Origin: Candidatus Binatia bacterium | Lineage (GTDB): Bacteria > Desulfobacterota > Binatia > UBA9968 > CAXXLF01 | Length of the DNA: 64,000 nucleotides | Assembly: GCA_963664015.2 (NCBI GenBank) | Contig: CAXXLF010000002.1 | Location: 544,001 to 608,000, forward strand | Direction of reading: 5' to 3' | Notes under the pieces: generated by a model | Told to the model about the DNA's origin: nothing | Seen by the model: the letters and a program-made list of their open reading frames with translations, nothing else | Databases searched by the model: none | Made by a program: the position numbers and the translations under genes | Part shown: positions 1 through 10,336 of the stretch, piece by piece | How positions within the stretch are numbered: position 1 is the first letter of the stretch | Layout: each line of letters starts with the position of its first letter

Positions 1-1060
1 GAAGGGTAGTCTCAACCGTGGGGGTCGAGGAGGCAGTACGCCAAGGGGCTGAGACCATAGGATGGCACCGTCGCAAGGCTCTCCCTGGATCGGATGCTGG
101 GAACAGAAAACGAGGGATGGGAATGGCGATGGTCATCCACAGTGCTGGTAGCCAACCCTTTCGGCCCGCCGCGGCCCGACTCGAGATCGATGACCAGGGC
201 CGGATCGCCCTGTTTTCGGGTACTACCGATCAGGGCTCGGAGCAACAAACCACACTCCGGCAAATGGTTGCGGAAGTTTTATCTATACCCGCACCCAACA
301 TCGGCGGGACCAATGCCGACACCTCTACCTGTCCCCGTGATACGGGTCCTATTTCCAGCCGAACGGTTTATGCCACAGGGAGTGCAGCAGTCAGGGCGGC
401 TTAGGAAATGAAAAACAAACTCCTCCTGCAAGCGTCCAAGGTCCTGGAGGTCTCGGTTGAAGACCTGGAACTCGGAAACCATCGGGTCTGGGTGACTGGC
501 ACCCCAACCAAAGGAGTTTCATGGGCAGATCTTGTAAAGTCTACTGGGGACCTCATCGTTGCATCAGGCGAGTTTAACGCCAATGAAAAAAGCTCCGTTG
601 CCTTCGGATTTGCCGCAACATTCGCTGAGGTTGAAGTCGATTTGGAATCAGGGGAGGTCAAAGTCTTACGGCTGATTTCGTCCCACGATGTCGGACGAGC
701 CATCAACCCAACAATCGTGGAAGGCCAGATCATAGGCGGCGCAGCTCAGGGTCTCGGCTATGCCCTGACTGAGGGGTTCTGCTTCCCCCCAAAACGGGGA
801 CCGCCCTCAACCAGTGGTTCCTGGACTTGAAGACGCCATCCATCCTGGATACCCCAAAGATCGAACCCATTATGGTTGAATTGGGTGAACCCACTCATCC
901 CTTCGGGGCCAAAGGCTGCTCGGAAATCTCCACCGTCGGAGTCCCTCCCGCCATTGCCAATGCAATCTATAACGCCACGGGTTTACGTCTGGAAGAGCTT
1001 CCCTTAACTCCTGATCGGGTGCTTTCCGCCTGGCATGCCGCTCATGTATATGGGAATTGA
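1..1060 (+). pseudogene. Xanthine dehydrogenase-family molybdopterin-binding subunit, C-terminal part; interrupted (5' end outside window)
   Basis: Three collinear ORFs carry [31 protein letters not shown] and GAKGCSE...PPAIANAIYNATG motifs. In-frame TAG at 402-404 and a frameshift near the C6/A4 run at 785-794. Confidence 0.85.
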
Positions 1061-1102
1061 AAAACTTCGTAGAAATCTGTGCGATCCATAGCTAAGCGCC
1101 GG

Positions 1103-2194
1103 TTACATGTTGACCACGGCACCCATATTAACCGGTGTGCCACGCTTCGCGCATTCCTCCATAAAGATCCGCTTGAGCTCAGCCATGGTATCGTCGGGAA
1201 CATCTTCGTAGTCCATCTGGTTACCGCCCTTTCGGGTGGTTCTCAAGGTGAAAAAGGTGCTCCGGTCGACTTTATTGGTCCGGCTACTGAGCTTCAGTGC
1301 CAGATGCTCCGCGGGGTCCTTGCCGATGACGCAGTGCTGGTGCCACCACCAGTTAGGTGGAACGATCATGGTACCGGGCCCCCAGTATTCCATGGTCTTG
1401 TTCTTTTCAGACCCATCGGGCCACATCAAGGTATAGCCGTCGCCCTTTAACCAGAGCACGTGAGCCCCGGGTCCGTGACGGTGCAGCTTGCTGAAGGTAC
1501 CGCCCGGTATCTCCAGGATGTGAGCACCTTGAACACCGTTGGCCATCTCGAAGGAATACCCTCTGGTGTCCACTCCGCGATTGGACTCTTCCAGTTCCAG
1601 ACTATTGATGTCGGCGAACAGGTTGCTGAAACTGATATCCATAGGGATATCCCAAAGGTCGAACTTCTCCTTCTTGATATTTCCGGAGAAGTAATTCTCC
1701 TCACCGTCGTAGCGCTCTGGAAAGACCATATCATTGTTGAAGATGAAATCATCGTTTCGCATCAGGTTCATCATGATCGGCGCCGTGTTCACCGCAAGAT
1801 ACCGGGCCGTCTCAGTCCCCGATCCGTTGAAATGCTGGTAGTGGCAGTTGAGCGGTATCGCAAACAGACTCCCCGCCTGCCATTCGAACGAGTTTTTTTT
1901 CTTCGGGTTCGTCCACACGCTAGTGCTCCCTCGCCCACTCAACACATAGATCATCTCCTCGTACATGTGCCGTTGGGGTTTTAGCTCTCCCCCCACCGGA
2001 ATCTCAGAAATGCTGGCCGCGTTCATCTCACCAGTACCGTCCAGCTGAATCTGCACCGCCTTGCCGCCGGTGCGGTCCCAGGGCTTGAGGGGGTGAGTAT
2101 AGACATTGTCAATCTTGGCGCCCCGAATCAGGTCCAGCCCTTCCCGCTCCACCCATTCGTCGAAGTAAAGACAGTTCCACTTCATCTCAGCCAT
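1103..2194 (-). CDS. Bicupin (two cupin domains) protein, putative dioxygenase-like; paralog 1
   Basis: QRHMYEE, YQHFN, HRHGPGAH and WWHQH motifs; RBS AGGAGG upstream. Confidence 0.85.
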   Translation of the reverse strand: MAEMKWNCLYFDEWVEREGLDLIRGAKIDNVYTHPLKPWDRTGGKAVQIQLDGTGEMNAASISEIPVGGELKPQRHMYEEMIYVLSGRGSTSVWTNPKKKNSFEWQAGSLFAIPLNCHYQHFNGSGTETARYLAVNTAPIMMNLMRNDDFIFNNDMVFPERYDGEENYFSGNIKKEKFDLWDIPMDISFSNLFADINSLELEESNRGVDTRGYSFEMANGVQGAHILEIPGGTFSKLHRHGPGAHVLWLKGDGYTLMWPDGSEKNKTMEYWGPGTMIVPPNWWWHQHCVIGKDPAEHLALKLSSRTNKVDRSTFFTLRTTRKGGNQMDYEDVPDDTMAELKRIFMEECAKRGTPVNMGAVVNM

Positions 2195-2254
2195 CGAATT
2201 CCTCCTTAACCATACTTTCCTGAATTTTCTGCAATAAGATTTTATCCGGGCCTC

Positions 2255-3340
2255 TCAAATGTCAATGACGGCATCCATATTCACCGGAGTGCCCCGTTGG
2301 GCGCACTCTTGAACAAAGATATTTTTCAACTCGGCAATCAACTCGGGAGGTGTATCCTCATAGTTCATCTGGTTGCCGCCGCGCTTGGTGCTCTTCAAGG
2401 TGTTCATACTGTTTTTGTTGACCTTGTTGGTCTTGCTGCTGAGCTTTAATGCCAGGTGCCGGGCGGGCTCGTTGCTGACGATGCAGTGCTGATGCCACCA
2501 CCAGTCGGGCGGAACTACCATCATACCCCGCTTCCAGTTCTCCTTGAGCTTCTCGCCACCGTCGGGCCACATCATCGTATAGCCCTCGCCCATGAGCCAG
2601 ATCACGTGGGCGCCGGGCCCGTGGCGATGCACCTTACTAAAGGTTCCGCCGGGGATCTCAAGCACATGGGCCCCCTGAACTCCATTGGCCAGCTCGAAGT
2701 TGTAACCCCGAGTATTGACCCCACGACTGGACTCCTCCAGCGGAACGTCGTAAACGTTGGCAAAAAAATTACTGAAGTTGACGCTCAGGGGAATATCCCA
2801 CAGGCCGAAGATTTCCGTCTTGATCTTTCCCGAGTAGTACTGATCCTGGCCCTGGTAGCGTTCCGGGAACACGGCGTCGTTATTGAATATGAAATCGTCG
2901 TTTCGAACCAGGTTCATCATAATCGGCGCCGTGGTCACCGCCACGTAGCGCGCCGGCTCGGTCCCGGAACCGTTAAAGTGCTGATAGCGCGCATTGAGCG
3001 GAACTGCGAAGAGGCTCCCGGCCTGCCATTCGAAACTGTTCTTGCGCTTCTCGTCATACCAGACCGTGGTGCTGCCCCGCCCGCTCAAGACAAACACCAA
3101 CTCCTCGTACATGTGTTTCTGTGGTGACAGTTGTTTTTTCGGCGCGATCTCACAGATATACGCGGCGTTCAGCTCACCGGTGCCCTGCAGCTGAATCTGC
3201 ACGGCCTGCCCGCCGGTCCGTGCCCACGGCTTGAGGGGTTGGGTAAAGACGTCATCGATCTTGTGGCCGCGGATGAGGTCCAGTCCCTCTCTCTCAACCC
3301 ATTCGTCGTAGTAAAGACAGTTCCATTTCATCTCGGCCAT
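2255..3340 (-). CDS. Bicupin protein; paralog 2 (tandem duplicate of paralog 1)
   Basis: Same motifs; N-terminal 25 aa differ from paralog 1 at one position; RBS GGAGG. Confidence 0.85.
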   Translation of the reverse strand: MAEMKWNCLYYDEWVEREGLDLIRGHKIDDVFTQPLKPWARTGGQAVQIQLQGTGELNAAYICEIAPKKQLSPQKHMYEELVFVLSGRGSTTVWYDEKRKNSFEWQAGSLFAVPLNARYQHFNGSGTEPARYVAVTTAPIMMNLVRNDDFIFNNDAVFPERYQGQDQYYSGKIKTEIFGLWDIPLSVNFSNFFANVYDVPLEESSRGVNTRGYNFELANGVQGAHVLEIPGGTFSKVHRHGPGAHVIWLMGEGYTMMWPDGGEKLKENWKRGMMVVPPDWWWHQHCIVSNEPARHLALKLSSKTNKVNKNSMNTLKSTKRGGNQMNYEDTPPELIAELKNIFVQECAQRGTPVNMDAVIDI

Positions 3341-3362
3341 TCAGGATCCTCCGTGCGACGGT

Positions 3363-3407
3363 TACGACCACCACCCGGCAACACTTGGTAGCCAGGTAGT
3401 GGTCGTA
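3363..3407 (-). promoter_or_regulatory. Intercistronic ~20-bp RNA stem-loop
   Basis: Minus strand TACGACCACTACCTGGCTAC-CAAGT-GTTGCCGGGTGGTGGTCGTA; two of three mismatches are G-U pairs on the transcribed strand. Confidence 0.65.
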
Positions 3408-3422
3408 TTGTTTTGCAGGGAA

Positions 3423-4553
3423 TTAGGCTGATTTCTTGAACTCAGGCATGTCGGAAGCGATGCCCTTCGCGGCCAATTTGGCCTCAAAGCGGCTACGCAC
3501 CTGCGGATCTTCATCCTCGTACTCGAGCAAGGTGCCGCCCTTCTTGACGGACGTCAATGTTCCGTCATCGAAACGTTTGCCCGCCTGGGCAAAGCCCATG
3601 GGAAAGACACGCCCGCCGTAACGGAGGGCCAGGTGCCGTGCGGGTCCCGCACCCGAGTTGAAATGCTGATGGAACCAGTTGGCCGGCGGACAGTAAACGC
3701 TTCCCGCCTTCCACTGCACCTCGATCACCTGGTCTTCGTGCCCATTGCTATAGGGATGCAACCCCAGCTCATTGGGCCAAAGGAGAACGTATCCCTCTGA
3801 CTGCAAGCCCAGCAGGATCGCCCCTGATCCGTGATAGTGGGCCTTGTGGTAGCGCCCCATGGGCCAATTGGAGATATGTCCGATGAGCGAGTTGCCACCG
3901 ATCTGGAACTGGGTAATCTTCACGTCCGCCCCTTTTAGCTCCTCGGACTCCAGTTTCGCCGTGCCCACATCAGGAATGAAGTTGGTCTCCCAGACCTTGG
4001 TGAGTCCCGTCTCGAATATTTTATTGGTGACATTGAAGTAGCCGTCCTGTCCCGAGAAGCGGTCGGCAAAGACATAAGGGGTGTTGAAGACGAAATCGGG
4101 ATTACGATAAAGGTCGATGACCAACGGCGCGTTGGTAACCGCCAGGAATTTGACCGGATCCCGGCCGCCGTTTACCAGCCGATGATTGCTGTTTAGAGGA
4201 TTGGCAAAGACGCTCAAGGGGCCCCACTCGAACAAGATTTTCTTTCCACCCTCCTGCCAGACCTCCGTTGCCCCGTGTCCATCGAGGATACAGATCACTT
4301 CTTCGTACATGTGTTTTTCTGGTTCCAGGGCTCCGCCCGGAGGAATTTCGGCCACGTACATACCGGTAATGCCTTCCTGGCCGTAGAGGTGGATGAAGGA
4401 ACCCTTTCCTCCCATACGCTTCCAGGGTTCGAGCTTGATGTCCCGAACATCCGAAAGCGCGTAACCTTCCACCATGGGAATCCCCTGGCTTTTGACCCAT
4501 TTGAAGTAGGCCGTCTTCTGCATTGACTCCATCAGTTTATCGAATACACCCAT
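3423..4553 (-). CDS. Bicupin protein; paralog 3
   Basis: EKHMYEE, KAHYHGSGA and WFHQHFN motifs; RBS GGAGG. Confidence 0.85.
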   Translation of the reverse strand: MGVFDKLMESMQKTAYFKWVKSQGIPMVEGYALSDVRDIKLEPWKRMGGKGSFIHLYGQEGITGMYVAEIPPGGALEPEKHMYEEVICILDGHGATEVWQEGGKKILFEWGPLSVFANPLNSNHRLVNGGRDPVKFLAVTNAPLVIDLYRNPDFVFNTPYVFADRFSGQDGYFNVTNKIFETGLTKVWETNFIPDVGTAKLESEELKGADVKITQFQIGGNSLIGHISNWPMGRYHKAHYHGSGAILLGLQSEGYVLLWPNELGLHPYSNGHEDQVIEVQWKAGSVYCPPANWFHQHFNSGAGPARHLALRYGGRVFPMGFAQAGKRFDDGTLTSVKKGGTLLEYEDEDPQVRSRFEAKLAAKGIASDMPEFKKSA

Positions 4554-4640
4554 ATTGTTGTTAACCTCCCTAACTTAGATTTTAATTAGACAACCATCCG
4601 TATCGAAATCTTCTTTTCCAGCACACGTTCTCAGCTCGTA

Positions 4641-5804
4641 TTACCTACCGCGCAGCTTGCCCCCTCCTTTGAGCCACAAAGAGTTCCAGTAATCAAACAA
4701 GGGCGGCATGACCTCGTCGATCCGAGTAGGATCTCTGAAGGCTAGCTTCTTTCCCAGGATTTTATCGGCGAACGGGAGGAACTCCTTGCGGTTGAGATCC
4801 TTATGGATCGGCCCCCAGAGCCCGCCACCGAAACGTGAGATCTGCCCTTCCTTACTGAGTAGCCAATTCAACATAACCTTGGCGGCGTTGGGATTGGGAG
4901 AATTATTCAGCAAGACCGCTTCTTCCGTAGAGGCAGGTACCGGCTCGGGGCAGTGGAAGCTCACCGGAGCACCCTGCTGTACCATCTGAAAGACCCGTCG
5001 ATAGTTGGACGGAGCCACTCCATGAAACTCACCGGCCGCAGCTAACTGGGTCAGTGCATTCATTCCCTCCTTGCGCAGCTGCGGCTTGACCTCGGAAAAC
5101 AGCTTGTTCATAAAATTCTTCGCCCACTTCTCCCCGTTCACCATCCACAGGTTTCCAATAAAAAGGTTGGGCCGGTTCCCCAGGGCGAAATTGCCGTTGT
5201 GCCAGATGGAGTTGGTCAGAAGGTCTTTCCAACCTTTTGGGAGATCCTTATCCTTGACCATTCGCGTATTGTACGAGATGCACCAGTAGAGCTTGGAGAT
5301 GCCGGTCCAGGTTCCATTGGTAGCTTTCAATCCATCGGGGACACTTGCCAGGGCTGGAAGGGGACGGAGATCGACCAGTCCTTTGGCCTTCTCAAATTCG
5401 TTTACGAACGCTCCAACCGAAAAAACCGCATCCGTAAGGACCCTGCCGCTTTTGTACGCCATCAGGGTCTTCACCGTACGTCCCTCCCGGTTGGCCCCCG
5501 TATAATCGAATTTGATAAATGGGTATCGCTCCTTGAAAGGGGCGAAGATATCGTTGATTTCCCTGCTCCGGGCAGGCGTACCACGAACCTTGACCGCACC
5601 TTCCTTTTTTGCGCCCTGGATCCATTCTTTGGGAACGTTCAGCTCTTTGTCGATACCGCTAAGTATGGAGGGATCGACCTTGAGTTTTTTCAATATCTTT
5701 TGCGTCGCTTCGGGTAACGATTCAGCCGATACGAAATACCATGGGACCAGCGTTAGGGCCACGACAACGCTGATAAATATTGACCCTCGAACTTTCTTTA
5801 TCAT
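4641..5804 (-). CDS. ABC transporter extracellular solute-binding protein (Fe3+/polyamine/thiamine-type fold)
   Basis: Signal peptide from ATG 5804; AKKEG, YNTRMV...LPKGWKDLL and PNPNAAKVMLNWLLSKEGQ motifs. Confidence 0.85.
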   Translation of the reverse strand: MIKKVRGSIFISVVVALTLVPWYFVSAESLPEATQKILKKLKVDPSILSGIDKELNVPKEWIQGAKKEGAVKVRGTPARSREINDIFAPFKERYPFIKFDYTGANREGRTVKTLMAYKSGRVLTDAVFSVGAFVNEFEKAKGLVDLRPLPALASVPDGLKATNGTWTGISKLYWCISYNTRMVKDKDLPKGWKDLLTNSIWHNGNFALGNRPNLFIGNLWMVNGEKWAKNFMNKLFSEVKPQLRKEGMNALTQLAAAGEFHGVAPSNYRRVFQMVQQGAPVSFHCPEPVPASTEEAVLLNNSPNPNAAKVMLNWLLSKEGQISRFGGGLWGPIHKDLNRKEFLPFADKILGKKLAFRDPTRIDEVMPPLFDYWNSLWLKGGGKLRGR

Positions 5805-5989
5805 TCCTCTATTCCTTCTATTAAAGCTGTGTGTGAAGCGCAGTTCATTACGCAACGTTAGATATTAGTTCAAAATTGCCGGGTGCGCCTTTCGTCTGAC
5901 CTCTAATGCGTTAATATACTGTCCTTTTATTGTCAAGCTGTTAACAGAACCGATTGAATCCGGTTGAAATGCGATGGCTTCACGAGGCG

Positions 5990-6016
5990 TTGACAGTCAC
6001 GTCTGCATCGGATAAT
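5990..6016 (+). promoter_or_regulatory. Possible sigma70-type promoter for the Rieske operon
   Basis: TTGACA-15 nt-GATAAT in the divergent spacer; spacer is shorter than ideal. Confidence 0.35.
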
Positions 6017-6080
6017 GAAGCAGAGAGTTGCTACAATATTTAGTGAATAATTTCAGCCAATATACGAAAAAGGCCCTTCC

Positions 6081-7283
6081 ATGCTGAACAGAGAACAGAA
6101 CGATCTGCTGTGTCGAACCGGTGCTGGAACACCCGGTGGTGAGATGCTCCGACGCTACTGGCAGCCAGTAGGGCTTTCCAGTGAATTAACCGCCGGCGGA
6201 CAACCCCGCCAGGTCCGGATCATGGCGGAAGATCTGGTCCTCTTCCGGGACGACCAGGGAAGACCGGGTCTGTTGGGTCTCCACTGCTCCCATCGACTCA
6301 CATCCCTCGTTTACGGCCGCGTAGAGGACGGTGGCATTCGCTGTCCCTTCCACGGTTGGCTGTACGACATCGAAGGCAAATGCCTGGCGCAGCCGGCTGA
6401 GCCCGAGCCTATCAGTAAAACATTTCGCCACCTGGCCTACCCGTGCCAGGAGTTGGGGAGCTTGATCTTTGCCTACATGGGACCGTTGGACAAGATGCCG
6501 TTGCTGCCCAGGTACGAGGTCCTGGTGCGCCAGGACGGAAACCGTAAGGTCGACTGTTACACGATCAACAGTAACTATCTTCAAAACGTGGAAGGAGCCC
6601 TGGATACCTCCCATGCCTCTTTCCTTCACATCGACAACTGGTCCAAGATGAAACACAAGCTCGCGGCCATGCCCAAACGCGAGATCAAATTCAAAGAGAC
6701 CGACTATGGCATCTGGCAAACAGCGATGTCCCATATTCAGGCGGCGACCAAAGGCGCCTTGATCCCCGTCTATGCCCACTTCTTCATGCCCGCCGGATTC
6801 ATGAGAATTCAGGAAACACGCCATGAGGCAGGTCTGATCCAGAAATACCAGTCCTGGTACGTCCCCATCGACGATACCCACACCGTCAGGTACCAGGTTA
6901 GCTTTTCACCGCCGATGAAAAACGGCAAACTCTTTCCATGGCCACCCCAGGAAGAATTCGCCCAACCGGGTCCCGAGAATGATTACTTCCGTAACTACGA
7001 TGAGGTGGACACGATCTCGGGAATACCTATGAAAACTACCGCATCCGCCGTCAAAGGGTTTCTGGTTCAAGACAGCATGGTCAATGAAAGCCAGGGCCCA
7101 ATCGTGGATCGCAGCCGGGAGCACCTGGGGGCGTTGGACACGGTGCTGACGGCAATGAGGGTTATGCTCCTGGTAGCCGTAGAGGATGTCCGGCAGGGCC
7201 GCGACCCCAAGCACATCATCCGGGACCCGCACAAAAATGAGATAGTGGGTATTCGTGGGGAAGATGAACAGGAACGGGTCTAA
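6081..7283 (+). CDS. Rieske non-heme iron oxygenase alpha subunit (phthalate 4,5-dioxygenase-like)
   Basis: Rieske CSH...CPFH, mononuclear Fe site DTSHASFLH and QD...ESQG; N-terminal GTPGGEMLRRYWQP. Confidence 0.9.
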   Translation: MLNREQNDLLCRTGAGTPGGEMLRRYWQPVGLSSELTAGGQPRQVRIMAEDLVLFRDDQGRPGLLGLHCSHRLTSLVYGRVEDGGIRCPFHGWLYDIEGKCLAQPAEPEPISKTFRHLAYPCQELGSLIFAYMGPLDKMPLLPRYEVLVRQDGNRKVDCYTINSNYLQNVEGALDTSHASFLHIDNWSKMKHKLAAMPKREIKFKETDYGIWQTAMSHIQAATKGALIPVYAHFFMPAGFMRIQETRHEAGLIQKYQSWYVPIDDTHTVRYQVSFSPPMKNGKLFPWPPQEEFAQPGPENDYFRNYDEVDTISGIPMKTTASAVKGFLVQDSMVNESQGPIVDRSREHLGALDTVLTAMRVMLLVAVEDVRQGRDPKHIIRDPHKNEIVGIRGEDEQERV

Positions 7284-7322
7284 TCCTAGCGTTGGCCAAA
7301 GATCCGATTCAGGGGAAAATCG

Positions 7323-7706
7323 ATGACTCAGACCATCGAACCACTATCCCTGCAGACCGGAGGCGTATTATTCAAAATACAATTTCGTCATAGTCGGGGC
7401 GACGAAGGCCTCACCTTTGACGTGTTCCCGGCAGATGGAAAAAACAAGGACAGGCTCCTGCGTTTCGACTGCTTTAGAGACAAACCACATTTTCATCTTG
7501 GCCGAGTAAAGGTCATGGATATAGATAAATCCAGGAACCCGGATCCCCCCCGGTGGGCGCTCAGTCAATTCAAGACCCGGCTTTCATCTTTGATCGAAGA
7601 GGCTGGATATAAAGACGTCGCTCAGCAGGTCAACCAAGCGGCCGTAGCCAAGTCCCTTTCGAGAATTGAGAAAGAGATTTTCCGCTTAGAGGACGAATCA
7701 AAATGA
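7323..7706 (+). CDS. Hypothetical 127-aa protein between two Rieske oxygenases
   Basis: ATG with purine-rich RBS; ATGA overlap with the next gene; LLRFDCF...PHFH motif. Confidence 0.75.
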   Translation: MTQTIEPLSLQTGGVLFKIQFRHSRGDEGLTFDVFPADGKNKDRLLRFDCFRDKPHFHLGRVKVMDIDKSRNPDPPRWALSQFKTRLSSLIEEAGYKDVAQQVNQAAVAKSLSRIEKEIFRLEDESK

Positions 7707-8920
7707 TCAAGCCATCCGATCTTTCATGGGACGATGTGGTTCGAGTGGGATCGGGGACTCTGGGCGGAAACTACCTGCGCTCTTTCTGGTGGCCGGTGGC
7801 GCCGTCCGATGAGGTGAAGGACATTCCCGTTCCGGTCAGGCTTCTTGCCGAGGAGCTCGTCTTGTTTCGCGACCTCTCGGGTCACCTGGTTATGCTGGAC
7901 GCCCATTGTCCCCATCGCCGTGCCTCCCTGGAATACGGAAGGATCCAAGAAAACGGGATTCGCTGCGCCTATCATGGATGGCATATCGACCGAGAAGGGA
8001 AAATCATAGACCGGCCCGCAGAACCCATCAAGGCGACCGACCAGATTCGACAAACCTGCTATCCGGTCAAGGAACTGGGCGGTTTTGTCTTTGGCTACCT
8101 GGGACCTGATAAAAAGAGCCCGCCTCCCCTTCCCAGGTATGACATTCTAGTTGGAGATGGATATCGAGTTGCCGAGCGAGGAGACAATGAGCTTGGTAAG
8201 GCATACAATTGCAATTGGCTTCAGGGCGTAGAAAACACAACCGATACCTCTCATCTGGCCTATTTGCATGGGATATACGATCGGTGTCCAATATTCAAAT
8301 CGGTTGAAGGCGATTACGGTGTCAAAATCTATATCCTGGACCCGGGTAAGAAACCCAATACTTTAAAACTACGCAAGAGGACTACCGTGCTTCCGACCAT
8401 GAGTCGAAAGTCGAGACAGGAAACCGGGGTAAAGGCCCCAGGGAGGGCTAAAGGAAATATCCAGCAGGCCATATGGCTTATCCCCATTAACGACACGGAG
8501 TGCTCGGAGATGAGGCTGACGGTCTATCCTGAAGAACCACCGGATGAAAGGTATTATGGAGCTGCTATGGACAAGGCCAAAGGCAGGGAACTAAAACCGT
8601 ACGATCGGCGTAAATTTGGCGAGATCGAAGGCAACGTTCCGTTGGAAGACAAGGCAATGGTCGAGACTCAAGGGCCCATCGTGGACCGAACACTGGAGCA
8701 TACCGGATACGGTGACCGGGCCATCCTGATGCTGCGCAAGATGATCCGCGAGGGGATCGCGGATGTAGCCAACGGCCAAAAACCCCGCGGCGTCCTGGAT
8801 CGGGAACCGGAGATGATCGACCTTGACATAGGTTTCGACGAATTCCAGATTGATGAATGCCCCGCCGAGTTGAAGGACCTGGCGGATCAGCTGCAACAGG
8901 AACTTAAACAGGCGGGGTAG
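7703..8920 (+). CDS. Rieske non-heme iron oxygenase alpha subunit, paralog 2
   Basis: CPH...CAYH, ENTTDTSHLAYLH and ED...ETQGPI motifs. Confidence 0.9.
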   Translation: MIKPSDLSWDDVVRVGSGTLGGNYLRSFWWPVAPSDEVKDIPVPVRLLAEELVLFRDLSGHLVMLDAHCPHRRASLEYGRIQENGIRCAYHGWHIDREGKIIDRPAEPIKATDQIRQTCYPVKELGGFVFGYLGPDKKSPPPLPRYDILVGDGYRVAERGDNELGKAYNCNWLQGVENTTDTSHLAYLHGIYDRCPIFKSVEGDYGVKIYILDPGKKPNTLKLRKRTTVLPTMSRKSRQETGVKAPGRAKGNIQQAIWLIPINDTECSEMRLTVYPEEPPDERYYGAAMDKAKGRELKPYDRRKFGEIEGNVPLEDKAMVETQGPIVDRTLEHTGYGDRAILMLRKMIREGIADVANGQKPRGVLDREPEMIDLDIGFDEFQIDECPAELKDLADQLQQELKQAG

Positions 8921-9007
8921 TTCTCCCTTCCCGGTTAAGCGCGAGAACCCCACGAAAAGGGCTTATTAGATCGACCAACCGCCGGCGTTGCTCCCCAGCC
9001 CGTGGCC

Positions 9008-10054
9008 TTACGCGTTCTTCAGAAGAGGAAAAATCCTCTTTGCATTTTCCGTAAAGATCTTTTTCTTATCTTCGCCACTGAGAAATCCTATGCTGTCGAT
9101 GACCGGGATCAGGTCGTCCGATGGTTTGTTGGTTTCCGGATTCAAGATCGCCGTGCCCGAGCCAGGGGCCTCGGTTCCAAACAGCATCCGACTGACGCCC
9201 CGCTGCTTGATCGCCGTAGCCAGAAAGTCTTTGTCGTAGGCACAGGTGTCGGAAAAGAGATTGTTACTGACATCCATTCTACGCCCTGTTTCTCGCCTCT
9301 ATACCCCCGCCCCCACCGAGCCGCCGGATTCTTCACCGGACGGCTTGGCTCCTCGCGACACCAGTCGATTCAAGGCCCCACCGCAATGACAGATGATCAC
9401 CTTGAGCTCGGGAAAGCGCTGGAATACGTCGCTGTGCTCCAGCAACAGGGTGGCCAGAGTCTCTTCCGTCATATTGTTATACTAGTAGTTATGGGGAATA
9501 ATCTCGATGCGGGGATCCCGGCTGATGGCCGGGTGGACGATGAGAGGGGCTTTCAGCTCCTGTGCCTTTTCGTAAAGCGGGTACCAGTACTCCATGTCCA
9601 TGCCCGGTGTCTGTCGGTCAGCTCCGGGATCCGGATTGACCAGGGCGCCCACAAACCCCAATTCTTTGATGCATCGAACCAATTCGGGGACGCAGTTGCT
9701 CGTGTTCAACTTGGAGTTCTGCGGCAGCTGGGCAATCCCAACGAAACGGTCTGGATGCATTTGACACTGTTGATGAATGATATCGTTGGTGACCCGGGTC
9801 CATTTGTTTACTATAAACGGGGCCTCCCAGTGCATCATAGCCACCGGCCTTGGGGAAATCATTTGTAGATCAATATTCCTCTCGTCCATTATCCGGAAGT
9901 GCCGCGCCAATGCGCCATCCATGAGTTCTTTAGAGATTTCAAGGTCGGTTCCACCGGGGCTTCTAAGCGCAATGAGATTGTAGGCAAAGGCCCTGAAATG
10001 GGGCGGGGTCGACATATGACCGTGTACATCAATTACCTTTTGTCCGTTGTACAT
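9008..10054 (-). pseudogene. Amidohydrolase-2 family, LigJ (4-oxalomesaconate hydratase)-like; two in-frame TAG codons
   Basis: IDVHGH, SPRP, LPQ, NPDP, WYPLYEK, FPELKVIICHCGG, DTCAY and FGTE all lie in one frame. TAG at 9482-9484 and 9299-9301; no frameshift. Confidence 0.85.
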
Positions 10055-10336
10055 AGTTCCCCCAGCAGATTAGATTCGGGTATACTCTTCGGGTAACCCG
10101 CTACCCCCATTCGTTTCCCTCAAATAACCATCAATGCAAGCCCAGGCTTCGATGCCGGGGTCTCCCATTGATAAAAACAGCGGGGAGAAAAGAGCATGGA
10201 TCAGGGTTAGGACAGAATAAGTGGGATAGGGCTCATGTCCGGGGTTGGTCCGGAAACCGAACCGGCCCCGTCAATGAACTCACTGAATTCAGCTCGAGCG
10301 GCGGAGAGATTCCGTCGCAGTATAATATGCGGATGG

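Noticed and set aside
9002-9868. 288-aa plus-strand ORF
   Set aside because: Antisense shadow of the LigJ-like gene, which explains the region with clear motifs.
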